DNA of 63,660 bases, filler included, from Pirum gemmata (taxonomy: Eukaryota), in assembly GCA_002812295.1 (NCBI GenBank). It is 29 parts of 29 records of this genome, joined end to end, with 100 filler letters (N's around TTAATTAATTAA, not from the genome) between each part and the next. Parts side by side here need not be neighbours in the genome. Positions count along the whole stretch, not along the records: positions 10,889 to 13,740 come from PDIN01010690.1; positions 13,841 to 15,696 come from PDIN01010691.1; positions 15,797 to 17,651 come from PDIN01010692.1; positions 17,752 to 19,579 come from PDIN01010693.1; positions 19,680 to 21,491 come from PDIN01010694.1; positions 21,592 to 23,425 come from PDIN01010695.1; positions 23,526 to 25,371 come from PDIN01010696.1; positions 25,472 to 29,038 come from PDIN01010697.1; 21 more parts are not named here. One strand, given 5' to 3'. The position numbers were made by a program, and so were the translations under genes. Below the pieces are notes generated by a model, which was given only the letters and a program-made list of their open reading frames with translations, was not told where the DNA came from and searched no databases. Position 1 is the stretch's first letter; every line of letters begins with the position of its first letter. This document shows positions 12,867-27,350 of the stretch, in pieces.

Positions 12867-13107
12867 TTAACTACCAATACCTACCAAGCCGGAAAAAAAT
12901 GGTGACATCATATGAGCTCAAAATCCGAAAAATCTCAAAATGATCAAATTTTAATGAAAGTACTACCAAATTTTGAGAAATTGTTTAACTCAGAAAACTC
13001 TATTATGAACCAATTGCTAGTTTTTAAAAATAATTTGGCTAGTTAGGTTTTGGAAAAGAAGTCTTAAAAAAAATGAATTCTACAGTTTTATCCGGCTTGG
13101 CTGTTAA
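12867..13107. mobile_element. MITE family C (about 240 bp), TTAA-flanked, TIR approx. CWRCCAAGCCGGATAAAA; piggyBac-like non-autonomous element
   Basis: TTAA at both ends with inverted termini; full second copy 30596-30861, partial copies at about 4130-4300, 8999-9216, 28848-28920. Confidence 0.75.
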
Positions 13108-13879
13108 AAAAATATATTTATATCTGTAGAGGTCTATATAAAAAAAAATACGATTTTTTTTTTTAACGAATCGCATGTTATAAAAAGCACACAAGAGCAG
13201 CCAGAGTCCTGAGTCTTGAGACCGTAGTGGGTAAGAGTTGGTCACAGTATGTTTTTTACTCTTTGTATTATATGAGAACATAACCGAATTAACTTCAGGA
13301 TCTACCTAGTAAGGAAGAAGAAGAAGAAGAAGAAGAAGAAGAAGAAGAAGAAGAAGAAGAAGAAGAAGAAGAAGATGATGATGATGATGAAGAAGATGAA
13401 GAAAGTGAAGAAGAAGAAGAAGAAGAAGAAGAAGAAGAAGAAGAAGAAGATGAAGAAGAAGAAGAAGAAGAAGAAGAAGAAGAAGAAGATGATGATGATG
13501 ATGATGAAGAAGAAGAAAATGAAGAAGAAGAAAAAGAAGAAGAAGAAGAAGAAGAAGAAGAAGAAAGTGAAGAATAAAAAATAATAATAAATAAAATGTC
13601 GTATTACTTGTAGACTTTTTGTAGTGGTAATAGTACTGTGGTTTGGCAACAACCTCAAAATAAATAAATTATTTATTTACTAGTATTTAGTTAGGGAACA
13701 TTCAGAAAGGACGTCACTTATTCTTTGATAGAAGTCATTGNNNNNNNNNNNNNNNNNNNNNNNNNNNNNNNNNNNNNNNNNNNNTTAATTAATTAANNNN
13801 NNNNNNNNNNNNNNNNNNNNNNNNNNNNNNNNNNNNNNNNTAATAACAATAATAACAATAACAGCAATAATAACAATAA

Positions 13880-13939
<60 letters not shown>

Positions 13940-13984
13940 AAACTAAAAAAAAAAATTATAACAAAAACAAAACACAGATTATAC

Positions 13985-15460
13985 CACTTAGTCTATTAGC
14001 GACCCCACTAACATTAGCAGATCTGATTAAATATAAGAAAGAGTTAGAGAAAAAAGAAAGAGAAAGACAACCAATATCATGTGACAACTAAACTGTTTGT
14101 ATGTTTATCAATTAAGTTGACCCAACACATGTTTCAACCACAATCCCAGCCAACAAAACCAAACCATAATAGTTTTAAATATAGCTACTCACAAACCATA
14201 AATGGAAGTAAAGGAAAAAGCACAAACACAAAAATAATTATAAGTAGAATTATAACGGTAAGTATAAACTTAAGTACAAATACACGTATAAGTATAAGTA
14301 TAAGTATAAGTATAAGTATAAGTATAAGTATAAGTATAAGTATAAGTATAAGTAAGTATAAGTATATAATACAAAAATAAATACAAGTACATTATAAATA
14401 TAAGTATAAATATAAATACAAATATATACATGTACACATAAGCATACGTATAAAGTCAAAACGATAATTCATTATACTACTAATCATAGCATACCTGAAA
14501 TCTAAACTCCTAGTTTTATTCATAATCGTTCTTCTCCTACTAGAGGGTGATGGGGAGCTCGTTCCTGAATTAAGATCCTGGAGCGAGTTGACAGGAGTAA
14601 TGGCTTTGAATTGTAACGATTTTTTAATCAAATACAACTCTATTAAACTTTGGGTATCATATTCATTGAATTCTCCTAAATTTTCTCTGTTTAAATTAAA
14701 GATTGAATAAAAAAAATAACAGAATCGAAAACAGAAAAAATCAACAATGATAAATTCAATAAGTTAAAAAAGGAATTATAATAATATAATAAACTTTAAA
14801 TGACAAAAAAAAAAAAACGCTTAAAAAACGATACTATAAACAAATAAAAATTACAACACAATTATAATAGAATAAAACGTAACCCTAAACATTACCTACT
14901 GATTCTTTTATCCACAGGAAGGTATACAATGGTAGAATTATCCTGAACCCAATCGTTGTAAGTAAATAAATATTGTTTACCTTGTTAAAAACAAAAAGAA
15001 TAAATACCAGTTAATATATATATATATATACATATATACATATATTATATATATATTCATATATTATATTATATAAAAAGCAGGTATAGACTAATTTCGT
15101 GTGGTATATAATACTATTATTGTCAATCTTGTGAAAAACTAGAGTAATAAATATCAATTAAATGAAAATAATATATATAAAACATACAAACTATAAGTCG
15201 TGTGATATATAATATTATTAAATGAATAAGTAAAATATAAAACAAAAAATATAAAAAAATAGATGCAAATATCAAAATAGTCTTCTGAGCGTTACCACAA
15301 ATACAAATCTGATTAATTAAAATATGAAAAATAATATCATTAAATAATAATAATAATAAACGAAAACCTGTTAAGTTGGACTCTGCAGTAATTTTATTCA
15401 AATGCCATGTCGGTGATATTCCCTTACTATCATGGCCAACTACAACAGCGATCAATTCCC
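13985..15460 (-). CDS. PLAT/LH2-domain protein; exons 15460-15368, 14980-14896, 14686-14495, 14022-13985
   Basis: All four exons splice in phase. GELIAVVVGHDSKGISPTWHLNKITAESNLTGKQYLFTYNDW fits the PLAT pattern GHD..G..P.W.L......TG..Y.F...W. Confidence 0.8.
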
Positions 15461-15796
15461 CTTGTAAATTTTATGAACAATCACAAATTAGGATTTTAAA
15501 CAGGCACCAGATGAAATATATAAGGAGAACATGGGTTAGGGTTAGGGTTAGGGTTAGGGTTAGGGTTAGGGTTAGGGTTAGGGTTAGGGTTAGGTACTTT
15601 GAACTCTTTGAGAACGGCTGTTTTGTGTTGGAGCTGGTTAATCCAAGGCATAAGGACACACACGATGGACACCAACACCAATTTCGATAACGATAANNNN
15701 NNNNNNNNNNNNNNNNNNNNNNNNNNNNNNNNNNNNNNNNTTAATTAATTAANNNNNNNNNNNNNNNNNNNNNNNNNNNNNNNNNNNNNNNNNNNN

Positions 15797-16228
15797 ATAT
15801 TTAAATTGATACTTTTAAATTAATAAATATATAATAAAATATACCAAATCAAATAAAATGGATTTATATTGTATTAATTTGGCACTCTTTATTGTATATC
15901 TTATGGTGACAAAACAACTGAAAAGCACGATAGTCTACTACTCTCCCCTCTACTACTAGCTAGCTAGGTAGTATCTAGCTACTAGCTATCGATAGCTAGG
16001 CTTCTGAGTCTAGCTAGCTAGCTTCTGAGCCAGGCTTCTGAGCTAGGCTTAGTGGCTAGCTAGTAATTTGTCACATATAATACACAATAAAGAGTACCAA
16101 ATCAATACAATATAAATCCATTTAATTTAATTTGGTATATTTTATTATATATTTATTAATTTAAAAGTATCAATTTAAATATTATAAACAACCAAATAAA
16201 TATTCGGAGTGACAAAATAAATGAAATG
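15797..16228. mobile_element. Two MITE family A copies in inverted orientation (15797-15932 and 16066-16228) separated by CTAG-rich filler
   Basis: The two arms are reverse complements and both match 56140-56319. Confidence 0.8.
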
Positions 16229-16296
16229 AGCCATAGACAGGGCAGTCCACTAGCTAGTCTAGCTAGTCTATAGACTAGTGCTTTTGAGTTGTTTTG

Positions 16297-16352
16297 TAAG
16301 GGAGCGTTCAATAATTACGTAACGCCGATTTGGGTCAAAAACCTACCCTACT
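16297..16352 (+). mobile_element. PIF/Harbinger-like terminus (TAA-GGGAGCGTTCAATAATTACGTAACGCCG); inverted copy at 55975-56029
   Basis: Near-identical 50 bp on two scaffolds, each bounded by TAA/TTA; here it follows a truncated MITE-A TIR at 16278-16297. Confidence 0.6.
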
Positions 16353-16360
16353 AGCTAGCT

Positions 16361-16464
16361 AGGGGTGTTCTTGTAGTATTTTTCCCTATTCCTGCGGGAT
16401 TTGCGGAGATGGTTTTTTCGCGGCCCCGCTTGATAGGAGAAGTGAAGGTCTTGATAAAAAGGTG
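16361..16464. repeat. Dispersed GC-richer repeat family F; inverted copy at about 5093-5180
   Basis: GCGGGATTTGCGGAGATG...CTTGATAG...GAAGGTCTTGATAAAAAGG shared by both. Confidence 0.65.
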
Positions 16465-17875
16465 AAGAAAAAGACTGGTGTACTCACTAGCTAGCTAGGT
16501 TCCCATTTTCACCTTTTTCCAAAAAATCCAAGACCTCTGTCAAAAAATATCTCAATTTCATTGGGCAAATATTTTTTTTTGGAATTTTTNACCTTACTAA
16601 AAACTTACATTTGACTTACTAATTTGTAAAAAATACAAAATACGTCAATTTTGCGTAATTTTTTTTGTAAAATTTCCCCTCTCCGAATCTGTCATAGTAG
16701 TATGATATCTAGTAGAGTAGACCTATATCTAGCTCGTGTACTATCATAGTAGTATAGTAGTGTATGCTACTAGCTAGTATAGTGTGTATGATAAGTGTAT
16801 GATACCAGTGTAGTCTACCGTAGTCCAGCTAGCTACTAGTAGACTAGCTAGCTAGTAGTATTTATCAATAGGCTATCATATCGATAATTATTATCAATAG
16901 GGTCTAGATTCTCTGTCTAGATGTCTAGATTCTCTGTCTAGATTCTAGAACCTGTGATAAAGACACTTGACTACTACTAGTAGACCTACTTTTTTCACAT
17001 CAGGGCAGGGCTATGAGAGACCATCAAAGAGTCAAAGACTCCCCTCCCCCATTTCATGATGGAGTCTTTTGAAACTGAAATTGAAAGGCCATACATTCTG
17101 CAAACTCTACTGGTACATGTACAGACAGTACAGTCCTTGGATGTCTTCGATTCGGGAAAAGTCCAAATTCATTTTTAAAAACGTTTCGTCTGAATAAATA
17201 CGGTTTGATATACAGGTACAATACAATAAAGTTAAAAAATTTGTGTTATCGCCTTTGAAAATTGATTTTTTTTGAAAATCAAATATTATTAGATAGAGCC
17301 TAGATAGTAGACTAACACCATATATTGGAAGCGGCCTTGCCTTGTATTTGTACCACATCAAACTACATCAAAATAATAACAAGAAGAATAAGAAGAACCA
17401 GAACAGAAAAACAAGGGGAACAAGGGGAACAAGAGGAACAAGAGGAACAAGAACAAGAAGAACAAGAACAAGAACAAGAACAAGAAGAACAAGAGGAACA
17501 AGAACAAGAACAAGAAGAACAAGGGCAAGAAGAACAAGAAGAACAAGAGCAAGAAGAACAAGAACATCAAAAAAATAACAAGCACAACAAGAACAACAAG
17601 AACAACAAGAACAACAAGAACAACAAGAACAACAAGAACAACCAGAACAACNNNNNNNNNNNNNNNNNNNNNNNNNNNNNNNNNNNNNNNNNNNNTTAAT
17701 TAATTAANNNNNNNNNNNNNNNNNNNNNNNNNNNNNNNNNNNNNNNNNNNNAATAATAATAATAATAATAATAATAACAAGACTAATAACAAGACTAATT
17801 TAAAGTAATAACAGAAATTATTAACCCAACTTAAATATTAAAAAATTATTAACCCAACTTAAATATCATGATTAC

Positions 17876-19444
<1,569 letters not shown>

Positions 19445-19883
19445 CTTGATGTATAAAATTTCGATATTAAATGTGATGCGATAACTTTAACCACTATATG
19501 TTTATATGTTTATTGGAGGTTCTTGTTCTTGTTCTTGCTCTTGTTGTTGCCAATGACAATATTATTATTATTATTATTANNNNNNNNNNNNNNNNNNNNN
19601 NNNNNNNNNNNNNNNNNNNNNNNTTAATTAATTAANNNNNNNNNNNNNNNNNNNNNNNNNNNNNNNNNNNNNNNNNNNNTTAGGGTTAGGGCTAGGGTTA
19701 GGGTTAGGGTTAGGGTTAGGGTATTGATAGGTCTAATTTGCCAAAATCTTGGTAGAATTCATTCTGTATCATTATCCCGACAGCATAAAATTTTCTGTTG
19801 TTATTAGCCGGTTTTTTATTTTTTTTTTTCATTTTTCGAGAGAAAGCGTCATCATTTTTTAGAAAACGTTATATAATATATAA

Positions 19884-20070
19884 TATCGCTTTTCATTCAT
19901 TTTGTCACTCCGAATAATTATTTGGTTGGTTATAAATTTTTAATTGACTTTGTTAAATAAAAAATGGATAATAAAAATATACCAAATAAAATGAAATGGA
20001 TTTACAATGTATTAATTTGGTATTATTTATTGTATATTTTATGGCGACAAAATAACTGAAAAGCACGATA
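19884..20070. mobile_element. MITE family A, full copy
   Basis: Termini CGCTTTTCATTCATTTTGTCA and GACAAAATAACTGAAAAGCACGATA. Confidence 0.8.
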
Positions 20071-20999
20071 AATATCAATTCAGAAAAAAGAAAGACCAAA
20101 AAAAATTAGCTTGGCTCGCTCGTTGTCAAAAACAACGAGCGGCCAAAAAATCTGAAACCAAAAAAAAAAAAATAAATAAAAAAAAAATTACATTCGCTCT
20201 ATTCGTTTATTTGAAGTTGTTATTTTATTTTCATTGGCTATATTTACTTATTTAATTTTTCATTCTATTATTTACAAATTTATATCCAATCAAAAAGGCT
20301 TTATTGAATGTGTTTGGTTGTTTAATAACCCAATATGATTCAGAAATGAAATATTCATCTTTTTTTTTTTTCAACAAAAAGGATTGGGTAATAAATAAAT
20401 AAATCATAACTATAATAATAAAAAATGGATTTATGATATTTCAAGTATATGATCAAAAATTTTTTTACTATAATATGTTCGAGCACTTCAAATCTATTGA
20501 ATAACTATAACACTACTTATGTTCGAAAACTGAAATTCGAACACTTCAAATCTATTGAATAACTATGTGAAACCCAAAAGGCCACTTCAAATCTATTGAA
20601 TAATTATATATGGACCCACAAAATTTCAAGCACATTTCATAATAATCATACTAATGAATAGTGAAACAATGGAAATTTTTATTATTGTTGTTGTCACCAT
20701 TTTTTTTCTACTAACGTGACAAACCAATATCATATCTGTACTAATAATAATTAATGTTAAAATAACGTTATCTCAATGAAAATTGGTGTTAAAATTGATA
20801 TTATGATATGATATTATAATACTATTTCTATTAAATTTAAAATTTTGTAAAAAAAATATTGACATTACTACTAGAATACTATTACACCAATATTTCGCTA
20901 CATTTCGCTGAATTCTCGCTGGGAACTGGACCAGCTCAGTTTCTTTCAATGATGCCAAATGTTTTTTTTATTAGTTTTTTGCATTATTACATTTTTGTA

Positions 21000-21069
<70 letters not shown>

Positions 21070-22751
21070 ATTATTATTATTATTTTGTGTTGTGCTTGTT
21101 CTCGAAGGAGAAACAAATTAGTAGTATTTTTTAAATTAAAATAACAATGGAATTACTTGTTATTAATTGTAATAGTGCAATAGAATGAATAGTAATAGTA
21201 GACGTAATAGCAATACTAATACTAATACAAATAATAGTAAAAGTAATGGCAACAGTAATAGTTATAGTATTTGGTGGTGAATGGGAACATTGCATTATTA
21301 GCAATAGTAATGAGAATAAGAGTTGTATGTAGTTATAATTAATTTTAAGAAATATAAAGAATTTGAAGTACTACAACCACTACCACCATGCCACTGCCAC
21401 TACTATTATAGCTACTACTACTACTTCTAACTACTACTACTAACTAATACTACAACTGCTGCTACTACTACTACTACTACTACTACTACTANNNNNNNNN
21501 NNNNNNNNNNNNNNNNNNNNNNNNNNNNNNNNNNNTTAATTAATTAANNNNNNNNNNNNNNNNNNNNNNNNNNNNNNNNNNNNNNNNNNNNATAATAATA
21601 CTAATAATAGTAATAATAATAATAACAATAATAATAATATCGCTAATGCTAATGCTTATATTAATGATAATACTAACGCAAATTCATATAACTATTAATA
21701 CAAATACAAATACTGATACTAACATTAATATTAATATTAATACTGATACTGATACTGATACTGCCAGTAAAACTAATATTAATATTAATACTATTACTAA
21801 TATTAATGCCAATACTAATATAAATACGAAAACTAAAATTAATATTAACACTTCTACATTGACGCCAACACTGACACTGACACTAATACTAATACTAATA
21901 CTGATACTAATACTAATACTAATACTAATACTAATACTAATACTAATACTAATACTAATACTNNNNNNNNNNNNNNNNNNNNNNNNNNNNNNNNNNNNNN
22001 NNNNNNNNNNNNNNNNNNNNNNNNNNNNNNNNNNNNNNNNNNNNNNNNNNNNNNNNNNNNNNNNNNNNNNNNNNNNNNNNNNNNNNNNNNNNNNNNNNNN
22101 NNNNNNNNNNNNNNNNNATACTAATACTAATACTAATACTAATACTAATACTAATACTAATACTAATACTAATACTAATACTAATACTAATACTAACACT
22201 AATACTAATACTAATACTAATATTAATATTAGTACTAATATTAATACTAATACTAATACTAATACCAATACTAATACTGATACTGATACCAATACTAATA
22301 CTAATACTAATACTAATACTAATACTAATACTAATACTAATACTACTAATAATAATAATACTGATACTAATACTAATACTAATACCAATACCGATACCAA
22401 TACCAATACTAATATAATACTAACACTAATACTAATACTAATACTAATACTAATACTAATACTAATACTACATAAACAATAATACTAATACTAATACTAA
22501 TACTAATACTAAAATACTAATACTAATACTAATAATAATAATAATGCTAATATAATGATGAAGAAGTATGTAATGATGATAATAACGACTATGATGACAA
22601 TAATAATAATGATAATAAAGATATTATCAAAAGACTTAGGTAAAATTCCTATTGACCCTTTTACGATCAAGTTAATGATAAAATACTGGTGGCAATAAAA
22701 TTATCAGCAGCAACAACAACAACACCAGAAAATACTACTACCACTTCTGTA

Positions 22752-22827
<76 letters not shown>

Positions 22828-22950
22828 TCACTACTACTACTACTACTACTACTACTACCACTATTACTACTACTACTACTACTACTACTACTATTACTAC
22901 CACTTCTACTACAACCACAACAACCACAACAACCACAACATAAGCAAAAC

Positions 22951-23119
22951 CTACTAATCCCTTCTCGGCAGTGGACCAAGATTTTATGTTTAGGATTTTG
23001 GATTAATTTTTCTTCAATAAAGTTTGCTACTGAATCGAAATATTGAGACAAATCAAACTCAAGAGAGTCATCAGCACAGAGTCCATAAAAACAAGTGCCA
23101 ACGCCATAATACTCCTCAT
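22951..23119 (-). CDS. Exon of an atypical dual-specificity phosphatase (DUSP3/VHR-like)
   Basis: ADDSLEFDLSQYFDSVANFI...KILVHCREGISR contains the HCX5R loop; TAG/GT boundaries. Confidence 0.88.
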
Positions 23120-23525
23120 CTATTTATGATTTATTGGAAATAAAAGTTAAACCCTACTTCTAATTTTTTACAAAATTAATGTGGCTCTCTGATGAAGTTA
23201 TTTATTCCTTATCCCTAGTGCCCTTCCCTAGTACCCTATAAGCTCATTGTAAATGTTAAGACTAAATCTCCGTTTCACCTTCTCAATCGCAATCATTATC
23301 TTTGCCTCTACAACTATATAACTCGAACTCACTAACTACACTTTATATCTAGAGTGTAAGAATACCTACTCTTCATTGTACAGGAAACAAACAAACAAAC
23401 AAACAAACAACAACAACAACAACAANNNNNNNNNNNNNNNNNNNNNNNNNNNNNNNNNNNNNNNNNNNNTTAATTAATTAANNNNNNNNNNNNNNNNNNN
23501 NNNNNNNNNNNNNNNNNNNNNNNNN

Positions 23526-23526
<1 letters not shown>

Positions 23527-23559
<33 letters not shown>

Positions 23560-24900
23560 GTTAGCAATGACAACAATAATAATGGTAATGGTAACCAAAG
23601 AAGAGTTCGAAATAGTATAGGTAAATTTAGTACTCCTGTTGAAGATAATAATAGTAATAATAGTAGTACCACGAGTTTGAATAATGCCACCCATTATCAC
23701 AAGAAAAACAATAATCATAACAGCAATAACAACGGGGAATTCGATTGTGCTACAAGGAGTTTCAGTTTACAAAATAATAGCTTATATGAAATACCCCGAG
23801 TTACTGTTAATCATATGAAATCTCCAATTTGCCAATCTAAACGACACTTATTGCAAACTGACGTACACCACACCGTTGTTCAAAAAACAGGTCGTAAAAA
23901 GAGTAACAGTATATCGAATTTGCCTCAATCTGTGACTAATAAAACAACTGAATACAAGCCTTTGGAAAATGTAAGGAAAACCTACCATATCAAAGTGAAT
24001 AACAACAATAACAACAATAACAACAATAACAACAATAACAACAATAACAACAATAACAGTAACATCATACTAAATAGAAAATTAAAACGAAATAGCTATA
24101 GTACTGGTAGTAGTAATAATATGATCATGAGCAATCTTGGTACACACCACACCACATTTTTTAATACGAATAAAACCACAGAGATTGAAAGTGAGTACCA
24201 AGTGCCGCAGCAGCTGAAGCGTCATAGTTGTGACAACACCAGTAGCGGAAGTAGTACAAATAGTAGTAGTAATCATAGTAATAGTATTAGTAATAGTAGT
24301 GGTGTTAGAACTTTCAGTATTTATACTAAAAACAAAATTGAAAAAAAAAAAGAACACGAATACGAAGTTCCTAAGCATAGTATTGATGTTTTTAATATTA
24401 ATAACCTTTTCCACAATAATGATAGTAGTAGTAGTAGTAGTGGTGGTGAAAATGAAGAGTCTGAGTATGAAATACCATTTTGTAACAACGTTAACATTAT
24501 TAAGGATATTAGCGAACATGAGTATGACGTTCCTTGCCCTGTTCGTAAATTGACACCAAATGATTGTAACTCAAAGCTTATCAATAGCATTAGCAATGAT
24601 GAAAGTATTAGCAACAATAACAGTAATGATAACTATTGGTCTATTGATAAACATATGCATGATAAGATTACTCAGTCAAAAGATGAATACATAAGTAGTA
24701 ATACTTTGAAACAGGATGATTTAGTGTTGTTGTATAGTTTTTCAAATGAACAATTAAACTTGGTTTCCAAATTATTGGGAGTTAGGCAAACCAGACAACT
24801 ATCTAATATTGATGATAATGATGCTGCGTTGAATATGGAGCTTTTTTTATCTATTCTAAATAGACAACAGGAAATTTTGGAAAAATTCGAAAATCCTTAA
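23527..24900 (+). CDS. Long N/S-rich disordered terminal exon with repeated acidic YxxP motifs; 5' truncated
   Basis: Frame open from scaffold start for about 457 codons; LYEIP, ESEYQVP, EHEYEVP, ESEYEIP, EHEYDVP. Confidence 0.8.
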
Positions 24901-26469
24901 TACACATAATGCACAATAAAAAGAACATGTTAACTTTCATTTATTTTCTATCATATAGGCTTGTTATTTTAACCCTAACCCTAACCCCAACCCTAACCCT
25001 AACCCTAACCCTAGCAATATTATACCTCACAATTATAATATTATACGTCATAATTAACATTTTTTGTGCCAATTATTTTACAAACTTTCAATTAAATTTC
25101 AATTTAAAAAACAACAACAATGAAGGGTTGGGGGGTTGGCCGGTTTTCTTTATTGTATTTTTTTTTTATTTTCCTAGAATCGACAGATTCGACACTGTGT
25201 ATTTTTTTTTTAAGAGATAAAATAAAAAAGAAAAAATAAAAAAAAAAAAAAAAAAAACATACAAGATATAAAACAAACTCTATTCTTTCTGTATGGAGAT
25301 GCGGGAAACATCATCGAATCGAGACTGGTTCGAACTTTCGAAATTTTTCGATCTAATTTTAAGTACTGACTNNNNNNNNNNNNNNNNNNNNNNNNNNNNN
25401 NNNNNNNNNNNNNNNTTAATTAATTAANNNNNNNNNNNNNNNNNNNNNNNNNNNNNNNNNNNNNNNNNNNNTTTTTTTTTTTTTTTTTTTTTTTTTGATT
25501 TTTCTGACTTTTTTTTCTGACTTTTTTCTGACTTGGCGCATTTATGCGTCAAAACTTATAATAAAAGTTGTAAAAATAATAAATCGCAAAACATGCGTAA
25601 AAAATGATTGAATGCCCAAAACAATGTCTTTTTTTAGGACTTTTTTTCTTTTTCCCTTTTCTTTTTTTTTCTTTCGAGAAAAAACTAAAAAAAAAAGAAG
25701 AGCATAGCTACATCCGCTAGCTAGACTAAAAAAAAAGAAAAAAAAGTGACCACGCTATGTTTCCAAAAAAAGAAAAGAAGAAAAACGAGCTTTTTTGAAC
25801 AACAACAAAAAAAAAAACGATCATATTGGTTATTACAAGTTTTATTTAAAACCTACCAAATTATTTATTTGTATCATTTTAAGATTAAAAAAAGCAAAAT
25901 TGTTCAATTATTATGGCACCTTTTTATCACATTAAGCTCGACAATATTTTTAAGGTACAATCAAGGTTCGGACGAAAGTGATATTTTTATTTTTCGAACG
26001 AGTTATGTACCTTGCGTTATTTGTTTTATTCTTTTTTCAAAAAGAGCACTAGAATAGTTTTTTTTATTATTTTTTGGAGAGTTTAATTATAAAAAGTATT
26101 TATAAAAAAAATAGCACTGTGAATACTATTTTAATTTATCTAGTGCTCTTTTTCTGTATTTTTTGTTTTCTGTTTTTTTGTTTTTTTGGCTTTGGTTTTT
26201 TTGAATGTTTTTTGGTGGGGGGTTTCACTTTGAAAAAGTTTGATGCTAAATTATACAAGTAAAAAATTACCCCATTCAGGAGGCCGTTTTAACCCCCCCC
26301 ACTAAAAGTAAATACATCGGGTGTTTTGCGTTCGTAATTAGGTTAAGAGTTAGGGTCAGGTGGTTAGGGCTAGGAGTTTATTTTTTTATTTTTTTATCCT
26401 GGTCTTTGATCTCCTCCCCTTTTCCCCCCTTTTTTTTATCGTCGTTTTTTTTATTTTTTTCATTTTTTT

Positions 26470-26526
<57 letters not shown>

Positions 26527-26718
26527 CCTTTCCTTTTTATTTTTTTTTTTTTTTTTTTATAATTTTTTCTTTTTCATTTTTTTCATTTTTTTTTATAGTT
26601 TTTTACTATAATAGACTTCTAATAGACTATCTTTTTATGAAAAAAACCTTCACTTATTTATTCACTTTTATAATTTTTGTTTTTTACTCTTTTTCATTTT
26701 TCACTTTACATCATCATC

Positions 26719-26856
26719 ATGTCTATACAATTCGGTAGTTGCAAATGGTTCGATACCAAAAAAGGTTTCGGATTCATTATTCCTGATAGTGGAGAACCTG
26801 ACCTTTTTGTTCACCAATCTGTCATTAAATCTTCTGGTTTTCGTGCTCTAGCAGAA
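26719..26856 (+). CDS. First exon of a cold-shock domain protein
   Basis: [46 protein letters not shown] with RNP1 (KGFGFI) and RNP2 (LFVH); GT donor at 26857. Confidence 0.92.
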
Positions 26857-27350
26857 GTATTATTATTAATATTATTATTGTTTATTTATTGTTATTGTTG
26901 TTCTTTATTTTTATCGTTGTTCATTTATACTTTGTTTATTTATGCTTTTGTTCATTTATGCTTTTGTTCATTTATGCTTTTGTTCATTTATGCTTTTGTT
27001 CATTTATTTACCCTTTTGTTTATTTACTCACCCTTTTGTTTATTTACTCACCCTTTTGTTTATTTATTTACTGTTTTGTTCATTTATCTTTTTGTTCATT
27101 CATCCGTTGTTCATTTATCTTTTATCCTTATCCTTATTGTTTATTGTTTATTTATTCTTTGTTCATTTATCCTTATTATCCTTATTATCCTTATTATTAT
27201 CCTTATTATTATCCTTATTATTATCCTTATTATTATCCTTATTATTATCCTTATTATTACCCTTATTATTATCCTTATTATTATCCTTATTATTATCCTT
27301 ATTATTATCCTTATTATTATCCTTATTATTATCCTTATTATTATCCTTNT

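Noticed and set aside
17409..17651. E/Q-rich ORF as a real protein
   Set aside because: Pure GAACAA-type repeat running into a gap, with no supporting exon structure
20484..20607. CRISPR array
   Set aside because: Only three repeats, very unequal spacers, eukaryotic context and no cas genes
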